Shown piece by piece: positions 18,288 to 27,327 of a stretch of DNA of 44,779 nt. The notes under the pieces were generated by a model. That model searched no databases, was not told the DNA's origin, and saw nothing but the letters and a program-made list of their open reading frames with translations. The DNA is taken from positions 1-44,779 of the forward strand of contig JBOHTE010000127.1 in the NCBI GenBank assembly GCA_050733555.1, given 5' to 3'. The number at the start of each line of letters is the position of its first letter. The first letter of the stretch is position 1. The position numbers and the translations under genes were made by a program. The DNA comes from Gemmatimonadaceae bacterium. Lineage in GTDB: Bacteria > Gemmatimonadota > Gemmatimonadetes > Gemmatimonadales > Gemmatimonadaceae.

Positions 18288-18991
18288 ACGCGCTCGACGC
18301 CATCGAACGCCCAACGCGCCGCGGACAGCATGCCGAGCCGGGCGCGGCTCAGACTCACCGCCGCATCGAAGCGCATGGTTCGCCCGACGTTCTCGAACGC
18401 GCCACGGCGCATCTGCTCGAGCGGATCGCCATTGGCGTCGCGCACCACGACGCGCGTCTCCCGGTCGTTGCTGCAGTCATGCTGATCGAGGCCCGCCACG
18501 CCGACAACCTCCGGTCGGGCGCGCTGCAGGTCACGCAGCAGCCGCATCGCGCGGGGATCCGGCAGATAGCGAGTGTTGTAGCTCGCATTCCAGACCTCGA
18601 TCGCATCGATGCCTACGCGCACGTCCTCGGGAATGCGATAGCCCGCCAGCATCGGGTGCGCCACGATCGTCAGTCGGGCGACGCCGCGTGCCATCGTCAC
18701 GAATTCGCCGGGCGTGCGCGGCGCAATCCATCGTTTCAGCCCAAGCGCGAGCAGGTGCAGTCCGCTGTGGCCCGCAAAGCGAAATTCGAGACCGGGAATG
18801 AGCTCCACGACCGCATCCGACGCAGCCCGACAGTGTTCCACGTACGCGTCCCACTGCTCCGCTTGCAGATCTTCGGCGTGATCCGTGAGACCAACGAAAC
18901 CAATCCCCCGCTCCACAGCGAAGTCATGGAGCAGTTCGGGCGCGTCGCGGCCGTCGCGCGAATAACTGCTGTGGACGTGTACGACGCCCAT
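18248..18991 (-). CDS. PHP-domain metal-dependent phosphoesterase
   Basis: 'VVHVHSSYSRDG' and 'VGLTDHAEDL' match PHP motifs 1 and 2. Later 'AHPM' and 'DAIEVWN' segments are also present. Start set at ATG 18991, 41 nt below the upstream GT4 stop. Last gene of the long minus-strand operon. Confidence 0.65.
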   Translation of the reverse strand: MGVVHVHSSYSRDGRDAPELLHDFAVERGIGFVGLTDHAEDLQAEQWDAYVEHCRAASDAVVELIPGLEFRFAGHSGLHLLALGLKRWIAPRTPGEFVTMARGVARLTIVAHPMLAGYRIPEDVRVGIDAIEVWNASYNTRYLPDPRAMRLLRDLQRARPEVVGVAGLDQHDCSNDRETRVVVRDANGDPLEQMRRGAFENVGRTMRFDAAVSLSRARLGMLSAARWAFDGVERVQDRAARSLRRSG

Positions 18992-19032
18992 GCGCCGTTG
19001 GCTGCCCGCGGCGGATGCGGCATTCCCCCCCC

Positions 19033-20223
19033 TCACGGCGCACTCCCGCGCGCAGGACGTGCCGCTGCATCGGGGCCCGGCGCGGCGGCGACCGCAGGAT
19101 GCACACGATACAGCCACTCGTAGGCGTCGCCCATGCGATCGAGGCCGAAGTCGCGAACCGCGCGCCCATGCGCTGCCGCGCCAAGCGATGCGCGGAGCGC
19201 GCTGTCGCGCAGGAGCCGCGCGAGCGCGGCAGCGAGCGCACGGGCGTCGCCGGGCGCGACGAACAGCGCCTCCGCGTCACGCACGGCGACTTCCGGGATG
19301 CCACCCACATCGCTCGCGATGACCGGCAGCGATGCGGCCATGGCCTCCACCAGCGCGAGCGGCAGTCCTTCGGAGAGCGACGGCATCACGAAGACGTCGG
19401 CGGCCGCAAGAATGTCCGGCACGTCCGAGCGAAATCCCAGCAGATGGACCTGCTGCTCCAGCCCGCTCTCCCGCGCGAGCGCACGCAACGCGCTCTCCTC
19501 CCCGCCACGGCCCGCGATGGCGAGATGCCACGACTCGGCGCTCGCGCCACGCGGCAGTTCGGCGAGCGCGCGCAGCAACACGCTGTGCCCCTTGACCGGG
19601 TAGAGATTGCCTATGGCGACGATCAACAGTTCGTCGTCCCCCACGCCCAGCTCCCGCCGCAGCAGGGCGCGGTTCCCGGAACGGAACGGGATGCCGTTGG
19701 GAACTACCGTGACCGCATTCGCGTCCAGCCCGAGCGTCCTCGACAGGTCCGCGCCCGTAGCGCGCGACACCGCCACCAGTGCGTTGCTGCGACGCGCGGC
19801 CCAGCGCAAGGCAGCGCGGCGGCGCCAGCGCTCCGCGTAGTAGCGACCGCCATGCATCGTGATCACGTGCGCCGCCTTCACGCGCCGCGCGGCGGCGGCG
19901 CCGTACACCGCCATGGCGAACTCGTGGCTGTGTACCACGCTGATCCCATGCTCCCCGAACACCCGGGCCAACCCGCGCACGCACGCCGGATCCACGGGCT
20001 GGTGGTGCGAGAACGTCGCCGACTCGAAACCCTGCGCGCGAAACCGTCCGCTCAGCCACCCTGCACCATGCTCAGGCCCCACGTGCAACACGTAATGCCC
20101 GCGCCGACGCATCTCCTCGGCCAGGTGCAGCAGCATCACTTCCGCACCGCCCGGACCGTCCGACTCGAGGAGCAGCGCGATGCGTGAGGGCACCGGCGAT
20201 GGCGGAATCGCTGATGGGCTCAT
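19033..20223 (-). CDS. family-4 glycosyltransferase
   Basis: 'IALLLESDGPGGAEVMLLHLAEEMRRRGH' and EX7E 'PSLSEGLPLALVEAMAASLPVIASDVGGIPE'. ATG 20223 forms an ATGA overlap with the upstream stop. Confidence 0.8.
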   Translation of the reverse strand: MSPSAIPPSPVPSRIALLLESDGPGGAEVMLLHLAEEMRRRGHYVLHVGPEHGAGWLSGRFRAQGFESATFSHHQPVDPACVRGLARVFGEHGISVVHSHEFAMAVYGAAAARRVKAAHVITMHGGRYYAERWRRRAALRWAARRSNALVAVSRATGADLSRTLGLDANAVTVVPNGIPFRSGNRALLRRELGVGDDELLIVAIGNLYPVKGHSVLLRALAELPRGASAESWHLAIAGRGGEESALRALARESGLEQQVHLLGFRSDVPDILAAADVFVMPSLSEGLPLALVEAMAASLPVIASDVGGIPEVAVRDAEALFVAPGDARALAAALARLLRDSALRASLGAAAHGRAVRDFGLDRMGDAYEWLYRVHPAVAAAPGPDAAARPARGSAP

Positions 20224-21416
20224 GTTCTCCGAAACCATTGACGCGTTTCACGCAGGAAGGGACGCGGATCGTCGCGGCGCAGAATCTCCTCGTGGTCCAC
20301 GAGCGGATGCGGCGTAAGGAAATCGCGAAGTGCGCCCCACCGCCCAGGCGCTTCCGGCGGAAGTGCCAGCGCGGCGCGTGATCGGCGCAGGCGTGCGACC
20401 AGATGATCGACGTCGCCCCACCACCAGCGGCTGCGCACCCCAACGGTGTACGTCAGGACAGGAGACACCGACTCACCCGTGGCCGCGGCGAGCAGCAGCG
20501 CGGGAAAATCCACACCAGCGTCCAGCGCGAGCTGCAGCGATCCCCAGAACCGCCCGTTCACCTCCATGAGATACGGCGTTCCCGTGCGTGCGTCCACCTT
20601 GTATTCGATCATGGCCACACCGCACCAGCCAAAACGGTCGAGCAGCGCACGCGATCGCCGCACCAGTTCCGGATCTGCCGCGATGCTTTCGCGATACACA
20701 CTGACTCCGCCCGATGGCGGCTTCTCGCGGATGCGGCGATGCGAAAACAACGCGAGCGTCTCCCCGTGCCAGACGAGCAGAAAGATGCCGACGCCCGGGC
20801 CCATGATGCGGCGCTGCGCCAGCAGCGGATAGGCATCATCGCCCAGATCCCGCGCTGCCGCGTCCAGCCCGGCCAAGTCCGCCACGTGGCGCACGGTGAG
20901 CTTCGCGCGATGCCCATTCGCCTCGCCCACCGAGCGCGCCGGCTTGAGCACCAGCGGATATGCTGCCGCGCCCGCGGCGCCGAGCGCGAGCAGCCCGGCC
21001 CGATTCTGAATGACATCCTGCTGCGGGATGGCAATGCCAACCTCCGGCGCCACCGAGAGCAGCGCGGCCTTGTTGCTGATGCGGCGAAACGTGGCGTCCG
21101 ACGGGAACGGGATCAGCACGCCGGGGAACCGCTCACGGCACGGTAGCAGCGCCAGCAACGCGGCCTCGCTCACCGGAATGAGCGTGTCCACGCGCTCGCG
21201 ATCCACGAGGGCGCGCACGTCGGCCGTGAACCTGTCCGGATCGCCCAGCGGATCGGCCACGAGCCATTCGGCCACCGCGTAGCGGGACGCACCCGCGAGC
21301 GGCCGCGGCCGCGCCGCGCACACATGCACCCGATGCCCGGCCTTGGCGAGCGAGCGTACGATGGCGAGCGCCGACCGCTGCTCACCATCCGTGACCAATA
21401 CCGTTCGCCCCCTCAT
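20220..21416 (-). CDS. ATP-grasp domain protein (carboxylate-amine ligase type)
   Basis: 'VLVTDGEQRSALAIVRSLAKAGHRV', 'YPLVLKPARS', 'AMIEYKVDARTGTPYLMEVNGRFWGSLQLALDAGVDFP'. ATG 21416 overlaps the upstream stop. Confidence 0.7.
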   Translation of the reverse strand: MRGRTVLVTDGEQRSALAIVRSLAKAGHRVHVCAARPRPLAGASRYAVAEWLVADPLGDPDRFTADVRALVDRERVDTLIPVSEAALLALLPCRERFPGVLIPFPSDATFRRISNKAALLSVAPEVGIAIPQQDVIQNRAGLLALGAAGAAAYPLVLKPARSVGEANGHRAKLTVRHVADLAGLDAAARDLGDDAYPLLAQRRIMGPGVGIFLLVWHGETLALFSHRRIREKPPSGGVSVYRESIAADPELVRRSRALLDRFGWCGVAMIEYKVDARTGTPYLMEVNGRFWGSLQLALDAGVDFPALLLAAATGESVSPVLTYTVGVRSRWWWGDVDHLVARLRRSRAALALPPEAPGRWGALRDFLTPHPLVDHEEILRRDDPRPFLRETRQWFRRT

Positions 21417-22333
21417 CACCACATGACACCGGACATGCGCAACCGGAACCCGGCAGCGGACAATCCGGGTGGCACACCCACCCGCGGGATGGCAAACCGG
21501 TTCTGCGTGCGCGGGCCGAACCAGCCGCTCTCGAACAGCAGCCCCGAGCGGTACCCTGCCGCCTGAGCGGCGCGCTCGACCGTGGGCGACGTCAGGCCGT
21601 AGGGATACGATACACAGGGCAGCACGTCCGCCACGCGCTCGCGCAGCCAGGCCAGCGGTCGCTCGAGCTCGTCCGGCAGTTCATCGGCGCTCAGTGCGGC
21701 GAGATTCGGATGGCTCCACGTATGCGACGCCAGCGTGATCCCTGGCTGGCGCGCCGCACGCAGCAGGTCGGCCTCGCACGCGCCGCGGGCATGCGAGGGC
21801 AGCGTCGTCAGCGCACGAGGCGCGTTCGAGGCGTCCGCCAGAATGCGCTCCCCCTGTCCAGCCTGCATGGTGAGCGCCCGTTCGCGGAATGCGGGGTCGA
21901 GCCCGTCGCCATCGACCGGCGTGAGCAGATCCCACCAGAATGCGCCGCCGTCGAGATACGAAGGCGTGACGAAGATCGTGGCCGGCATGGCGCGGGCCAC
22001 CAGCTCCGGCACCGCGCTCGTCACCGCGCCGCCGTAGGCGTCATCGAAGGTGATCACTGCTCGCGGTCGCCGCGACGGGGCGTCCGCACGTCCCTCCAGC
22101 ACCGCCGCGAGCGCGACGACATCGTGCGTCTCGCGCAGGGCGTCCAGATGCGCACAGAATTCATCGTGCTCCACGTGCAGCGGCCGATCTCCCACGACCG
22201 CCGTCCCGCGTGGGACGATGTTGTGATAGGCGAGCACCACCGTGTCACCCGCGTGGCGCAATTGGAGAACGCGCGGGACGCCCGCGAGCAGGAGCCCGCG
22301 CTGCGCCGTACGCTTGATGAACCGTCGGATCAC
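21416..22333 (-). CDS. NodB-type polysaccharide deacetylase
   Basis: 'AVITFDDAYGG' (TFDD motif) and 'ASHTWSHPNL' (HxxxxH motif). GTG 22333 gives a GTGA overlap with the stop of the Wzy-like gene. The longer ORF opening at 22759 would overlap that gene by about 430 nt. Confidence 0.75.
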   Translation of the reverse strand: MIRRFIKRTAQRGLLLAGVPRVLQLRHAGDTVVLAYHNIVPRGTAVVGDRPLHVEHDEFCAHLDALRETHDVVALAAVLEGRADAPSRRPRAVITFDDAYGGAVTSAVPELVARAMPATIFVTPSYLDGGAFWWDLLTPVDGDGLDPAFRERALTMQAGQGERILADASNAPRALTTLPSHARGACEADLLRAARQPGITLASHTWSHPNLAALSADELPDELERPLAWLRERVADVLPCVSYPYGLTSPTVERAAQAAGYRSGLLFESGWFGPRTQNRFAIPRVGVPPGLSAAGFRLRMSGVMW

Positions 22334-23778
22334 GACCGTGGCGGGGCCGCCGCCGACGACGCGGCGGGTGGCGCCAGGAGCGTCGCGCCGGGCAACACGC
22401 CAGGTGGCACGCTGGACAGTCGCACGGGCGGCACGTAGGCGGCCATTGCCGTCATGGTGGCCCGGCGCTGCAACCGCAGCACCTTGTCCAGCCCCACCGC
22501 CAGCCCGATGAGAAAGTAGAGATACGAGAAATATTCGGCCGACACGAAGAATCCGCTGACCATGAAGCCGAGGAGGGAGCCCACGAGCATCTGCCCGAGC
22601 GCCGTTTCCCGTTTGCTGATCAGCGGTCCGTATCGCGAACCGGCCCGGATGTGCGCCATGGACCAGAGCGTCATCACCAGCACCGCGACGAAGAGCAGGA
22701 ATCCGGGCACGCCGAGCTCCGCCGCCGTTTCGAGAAACGAGTTGTGCGCGACCGACCACTTGAACCCCGCGCCGCGACTGGCGAGCTCACGCCCGAGATC
22801 GGACACGGTTCCCTCGGCGATGGGAAATGATCCCACACCAACACCCAACAGCGGATGTTCCTTCACGTACCCGAGACCGCGTGTCCACACGCCAATACGA
22901 CCTGATGGATCGGTGAAGTTGTAATCGCTCTGCGGGTGCATCATGGTCTGCATGAGATCCCAGTACTGCCCGGTCGCCAGGACGCTCAGCAGCGCCACGC
23001 CACCCAGCGCCGCCGTGAGACGAATCCGCGCGGGGATCGCGCGATAGCGCAGCAGGACGTACAGCATCACCGTGATGAGCCCGAGGAAGCCGCCGCGCGA
23101 CCCGCTCTTCATGATGCCCAGCGTGAAGAGACCGAGGGCGATCAGGCCGAGTAGCCGGCGCCGCGACCCACTCTGCGAGCGCAGGAAGTACACCGCGAAC
23201 GGAATGGTGCAGACCATCACCAGTCCGAAGTCGTTCGCGTCGTAGTACACCAGATTGCTGAGGCGGCCGTCGGGCCCGACCTGGAACGTGAGGTTGACGA
23301 ACATCGCGTAGAACACCGCACCCCACAGATTGACCGCCGTGAACCATTCCACGTCGCGCAGACTGCGAATGCTGACGGCGACGAGTCCCATGAAGACGAT
23401 GTTCTGGGCATAGTCCTCGAGCGCGAACGACAGGCTGTGGCCGCGCCAGAGACTGCCCGGAATGCCCGCGAGCATCACGAGGAAAATGCCCAGCACGCAC
23501 TTCACGATGGGCGTGCGGAGGTAGATCATCCGCCGCCATGGCTGTCGCGACGCGCTGAACATCAACAGCGACGCACCCGTGGCGACCAGTGGCACGTGGA
23601 GCGCGCCCAGCACCGGAAAGATGTCCTGCACGCGCCAGACATACGTGAACAGCATGCAGGCGATGCCCTTCATGAGCGGGTCCGCCCTGGACTCGCGCCA
23701 CAGGCCGGGCACGGGCACCGGGCCCGTTGCGGGGCGTGCGGGACGCGGCGTCTGATCCATCCGGACGGCGTGTGACAT
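22330..23778 (-). CDS. wzy: Wzy / O-antigen-ligase-like polymerase (resembles exosortase-A-associated O-glycosylation ligase family)
   Basis: 482 aa with about 10 or more hydrophobic segments. 'MKSGSRGGFLGLITVMLYVLL' is Wzy_C-like, followed by a large loop 'FTDPSGRIGVWTRGLGYVKEHPLLGVGVGSF'. Confidence 0.7.
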   Translation of the reverse strand: MSHAVRMDQTPRPARPATGPVPVPGLWRESRADPLMKGIACMLFTYVWRVQDIFPVLGALHVPLVATGASLLMFSASRQPWRRMIYLRTPIVKCVLGIFLVMLAGIPGSLWRGHSLSFALEDYAQNIVFMGLVAVSIRSLRDVEWFTAVNLWGAVFYAMFVNLTFQVGPDGRLSNLVYYDANDFGLVMVCTIPFAVYFLRSQSGSRRRLLGLIALGLFTLGIMKSGSRGGFLGLITVMLYVLLRYRAIPARIRLTAALGGVALLSVLATGQYWDLMQTMMHPQSDYNFTDPSGRIGVWTRGLGYVKEHPLLGVGVGSFPIAEGTVSDLGRELASRGAGFKWSVAHNSFLETAAELGVPGFLLFVAVLVMTLWSMAHIRAGSRYGPLISKRETALGQMLVGSLLGFMVSGFFVSAEYFSYLYFLIGLAVGLDKVLRLQRRATMTAMAAYVPPVRLSSVPPGVLPGATLLAPPAASSAAAPPRS

Positions 23779-25082
23779 CAGCCGGCACCTGAGCGCGTTC
23801 TCGCGCCCGCGGCACGCTCGACCGAGCGGAGCAGCACGCGCGTGTCCCGTTCCCAGTGGTATTCGTCGCGCACCGCCCGCTGGCCGTTCGTCCCGCAGCG
23901 CTCGCGAACGGCCGGGTCCACCATGTGCTGCACCGCGTCAACCAGTTCCGTGACGTTCCCGGATGCAAAGACGATCCCGGCATCGGTCTCCCGGACGATT
24001 CGCGCACAGGGCACGGCGCTCGACGTCACGACCGGCAGTCCCGCGGCCATGTAGTCGAACAGCTTGTTGGGGATCGTCGTGTTCCACATGTCGTTGGCGT
24101 GATGCGGCAGGACGCCGACGTCCGCGCCGGCAACGAGATCGAGCGCGTGCTCCCGCGGAACGAAGCCGGGAAAACTCAACACGCTCTCGCCGAGCCCCAG
24201 CTCGGCGGCGCGCGTGGTGAACAGCTCGCGATCACGCCCGGCCCCAATGACCAGGAAGCGCACCGGCACGGCGCGTTCGCGCAGGAGCGCGGCGGCATCC
24301 ACGAGCTCCATGATACCACGGGCCACCTCCAGCAAGCCGAGATACACCACCACGAGCGGCTGATCGCCGCGTCGCGCGCGCGCCGTGGCCGCGCCGCTTG
24401 CCCGCGCAACCGGCGGCGTGTTCGAGACGATGTCAATCCGCTCCGCGCCGACGCCGAGCGTACGCAGCCGCTGCTCCATCTCCTCGATGACCACCAGCAC
24501 CCGCTCGACGCGCGACAGGGCATGACGCTCGACCGCGAGCACGACTCGCGGATTGCGCACCAGGTAATCCGTGTGCCGGTGTCGCGCGGCGTCGAAGATC
24601 ATCTGCATCATCGCCGGATAGTTCTCCGCCATGTCGAGGACGACCGGAACGCCGCAGCGGTGCGCGACGCCGATGGCGGCCGGCGCCAGCGGCAGATCCC
24701 GCGCGATGAGCACATCGGGGCGCACCGACCGCAGGACACGGCGCAGCGTAGAGCGCCAGCGCGGATTGAAGAACGCCGGAAACCCGAGTGCGACGTCGAA
24801 GCGGCGCCCCGCCCACAGCCACGGGCGCATGCGGTGCACCGTCCCTTCCGGCATCCGCTCGATGAGGGGACGCCGCGCCCGGTTGCGCGCCACGATGTGC
24901 ACGTCGTGACCGGCGCTGGTGAGCGTTGCGCAAATCTTCTCCGTGCGGACATCCCACGGATAGTCCGCGTCCCAGAGATAGACGATGCGCAGCGCGATTG
25001 CCGCGCGTGGCGCGCGGTATTCGCCGACGGCCGGTCCGAGCGCCGGTCCGCGCACTGCCGCATCCGGCTCCTGGGCCATCAT
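23778..25082 (-). CDS. family-4 glycosyltransferase
   Basis: 'LRIVYLWDADYPWDVRTEKICATLTSAGHDVHIVA' and a C-terminal 'PNKLFDYMAAGLPVVTS' nucleotide-sugar-binding motif. ATG 25082 forms an ATGA overlap with the DegT stop. Confidence 0.8.
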   Translation of the reverse strand: MMAQEPDAAVRGPALGPAVGEYRAPRAAIALRIVYLWDADYPWDVRTEKICATLTSAGHDVHIVARNRARRPLIERMPEGTVHRMRPWLWAGRRFDVALGFPAFFNPRWRSTLRRVLRSVRPDVLIARDLPLAPAAIGVAHRCGVPVVLDMAENYPAMMQMIFDAARHRHTDYLVRNPRVVLAVERHALSRVERVLVVIEEMEQRLRTLGVGAERIDIVSNTPPVARASGAATARARRGDQPLVVVYLGLLEVARGIMELVDAAALLRERAVPVRFLVIGAGRDRELFTTRAAELGLGESVLSFPGFVPREHALDLVAGADVGVLPHHANDMWNTTIPNKLFDYMAAGLPVVTSSAVPCARIVRETDAGIVFASGNVTELVDAVQHMVDPAVRERCGTNGQRAVRDEYHWERDTRVLLRSVERAAGARTRSGAG

Positions 25083-26305
25083 GCGCTGCGGCATGATCCC
25101 TCCGTGCGGCGGGTCCGCGGCGCGAACGTCATCAGGACACGGGTGGGCACGCGCAGCCATTCACCCATTCGTTCAATGTCGTCGGCGTTCACCTTTTCGT
25201 GCGTCGGCAGCGTGAACAGTCCTTCGCGCAGCACCGTGGCGCCCGGCGTGGCGGGTTCGCCCGGCACCAGGCAGGGGCGCAGCTCCTCCTGCTCGTGCAG
25301 CGTGCGGGGGTAGCCCCGCAGGATACCCATGTCCTGGCGCGCCACACGACCACCCGAGTCGACGACGGGAAAACGCAGAAATCCGCTCGTCGCCCCGGGC
25401 ATCAGCGTGATCGGCTCGATGTCGCTGCCCTCCGTCGCGGCCACGTACAGTGCGGCGGCGTTGCGCCGCCGAAGCGAGACATCCTCGGGCACCGTGCGCA
25501 GCGCGCGCCTCACCAGCGCGGCGGCGCCGATCGAGAGGGAACGCGGTTCGCGCGCGGGGTGGTACACCATTTCTCCCAGTCGCAGTCCCGGCAGGGCCGA
25601 CGGCAGCGCATACACGGATGGCCGCCCGAGCGCCCACTGCGCTCCGGCTGTGGCAATGTCCATCCAGCCCCAGCCGGGACTGCCCACGTGAAAGCCCGCG
25701 TGCTTCAGTCCGCTCACGAAGCGTTCGTCGCGACACACCAGCGCTCCACCACGTCCTCCGGACAGTCCCTTGCCCCGGCCGAAGCTGAACACCGAGAGCG
25801 CACCGAATGAGCCAAGTGGACGTCCCAACAGCATACCACCGGCGGCCTGTGCCGCATCCTCGATCACCGGGACGCCGGCCTGCGCGGCCAGGCGGCTCAC
25901 GGCGGGGACGTCTGCGGGGAACCCATGGAGATGCGCGACGACGACGGCGTCCACACCGCGCGACAGGACGGCGGCCACCGATCCCAGATCAGGACCCAGG
26001 GTGCGAGGATCCAGATCGTAGAGGCGGACGCGCACCTTGGCCAGGCGCGCAGCTGCCGCGAGATCCACGCAGGCGTAGCCGGGAAATGCCACGGTTTTCT
26101 CTTCACCCACGGCGAGCCGGAGCGCCAGCACGAGCGCTGACGTACCGCTGTTGGTGAGCAGCGTCTGCCGTGCGCCGCAGGTGGCTGTCAATGTGGCGGC
26201 CACCTCCGTGACCACGCGGCGGCGATGCAGGAGCACCGAACCCAACGCTCCGCCCAGCGCGGCCGGCGCAACGGGCGACAGGACGGGGAGCTGGCGTCTG
26301 GCCAT
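25079..26305 (-). CDS. DegT/DnrJ/EryC1/StrS-family PLP-dependent sugar aminotransferase
   Basis: 'NSGTSALVLALRLA', 'PVIEDAAQAAGG', and 'FSFGRGKGLSGGRGGALV' with the predicted PLP lysine. Confidence 0.75.
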   Translation of the reverse strand: MARRQLPVLSPVAPAALGGALGSVLLHRRRVVTEVAATLTATCGARQTLLTNSGTSALVLALRLAVGEEKTVAFPGYACVDLAAAARLAKVRVRLYDLDPRTLGPDLGSVAAVLSRGVDAVVVAHLHGFPADVPAVSRLAAQAGVPVIEDAAQAAGGMLLGRPLGSFGALSVFSFGRGKGLSGGRGGALVCRDERFVSGLKHAGFHVGSPGWGWMDIATAGAQWALGRPSVYALPSALPGLRLGEMVYHPAREPRSLSIGAAALVRRALRTVPEDVSLRRRNAAALYVAATEGSDIEPITLMPGATSGFLRFPVVDSGGRVARQDMGILRGYPRTLHEQEELRPCLVPGEPATPGATVLREGLFTLPTHEKVNADDIERMGEWLRVPTRVLMTFAPRTRRTEGSCRSA

Positions 26306-27325
26306 TTACGGAATGTAGCGCACGATGCGGGGGCCAAGCGCGGTCGCGACGGGTTCGGGCAGGTGTTTCCACAGCCGCGGTCCCCACGAATAGCCGGAGT
26401 CGTCCGGCGACGGTGTCGTGGCACCGGTCCGCGCCGCGAGGTCGTACCACCAGAGGGGTTCATCGTGCGAACCCCATTGTCTCTTGAACCGATGCGTTCC
26501 CGCGCCCGGACTGCACCGCCCGAAATTGAAGACGCGCACGCCGTCCTGGATGGCGCGCTCCATGAAACTCCAGTAGAGCAGCATGTTGGGTGCGAAGCGG
26601 TTGTATTCGTTCAGCGACGCGGCCCACGTCATCTCGAACTCGCTGCCCCAGCGAAAACCACACCCGCACGCGACCGGCTGCTCCAGGTGATACGCGCATC
26701 CGAACCAGACGCTTTCGCCGAACACCTCGGCGATGGTCGAGAAGAGCAGGCGCGGCTGCGTGGGTGTTCCGAGATCACGCATGTGACGCGCGAAGACATC
26801 GAAGAACGGTCCGACCTGCTCCGGGCCGAAATGGACGGCAATGCCCTCCTTCTGGGGGCGGCGCACCTGGCTGCGCACCTTGGCATCGAGCTGCTTCCAG
26901 AGGATTTCGGTGCTCCCGGGAAGATCCAGCAGCACGGTGATCTTGCGATGCGACACCGGCAGGTCGAGTGGCAGCTCGCGCGCGCTCCGCATCTCGAGCA
27001 GTCGAACGTCGCTCGCGCCGGCCAGCTCCACCGCGTGCGCCGCCAGCGCGCGCACCGCCGCGACTTCGCCCAGCGGACCACCATAATTGAGAAAGGGCAT
27101 GGAAACCAGGTAATGCCCGAACAGCACACTGCGCACCCGCACGAGCGGCAGCACGCCGGCGAGCCGGCGCGTGTCGTCGCGCGCCTCGAGATAAATGCAC
27201 TCATGGCCGAAGACCCGCTCCATGACCGTCTTCCACCCATGGAGGTGAAAGTGCGTGAAGCCGGCCGTCGAGCGCGCAAAGTCATCCCATTCGGGCGGCG
27301 TTCCGCTGAAGGTCCCGACGCGCAT
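26306..27325 (-). CDS. FemAB-like (GNAT-fold) protein of the exosortase/PEP-CTERM-locus type
   Basis: 'FTHFHLHGWKTVMERVFGHECIYLEARDD...GVLPLVRVRSVLFGHYLVSMPFLNYGGP' and 'NMLLYWSFMERAIQDGVRVFNFGRCSPGAGTHRFKRQWG'. ATG 27325 lies 2 nt after the upstream stop. The rest of the 502-aa ORF overlaps the deacetylase gene. Confidence 0.75.
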   Translation of the reverse strand: MRVGTFSGTPPEWDDFARSTAGFTHFHLHGWKTVMERVFGHECIYLEARDDTRRLAGVLPLVRVRSVLFGHYLVSMPFLNYGGPLGEVAAVRALAAHAVELAGASDVRLLEMRSARELPLDLPVSHRKITVLLDLPGSTEILWKQLDAKVRSQVRRPQKEGIAVHFGPEQVGPFFDVFARHMRDLGTPTQPRLLFSTIAEVFGESVWFGCAYHLEQPVACGCGFRWGSEFEMTWAASLNEYNRFAPNMLLYWSFMERAIQDGVRVFNFGRCSPGAGTHRFKRQWGSHDEPLWWYDLAARTGATTPSPDDSGYSWGPRLWKHLPEPVATALGPRIVRYIP

Positions 27326-27327
27326 CC

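Noticed and set aside
15253-18314. Two 531-aa minus-strand ORFs (15253-16848 and 16719-18314) opposite the glycosyltransferase genes
   Set aside because: Neither has a recognisable domain, and both are Arg/His-rich. The plus-strand frames show GT-B motifs and tight operon spacing (6-nt and 3-nt gaps).
21416-22759. Full 447-aa version of the second deacetylase ORF
   Set aside because: The first 142 codons overlap the Wzy-like gene in another frame and look like low-complexity sequence. GTG 22333 gives a classic GTGA stop/start overlap and leaves the NodB domain intact.
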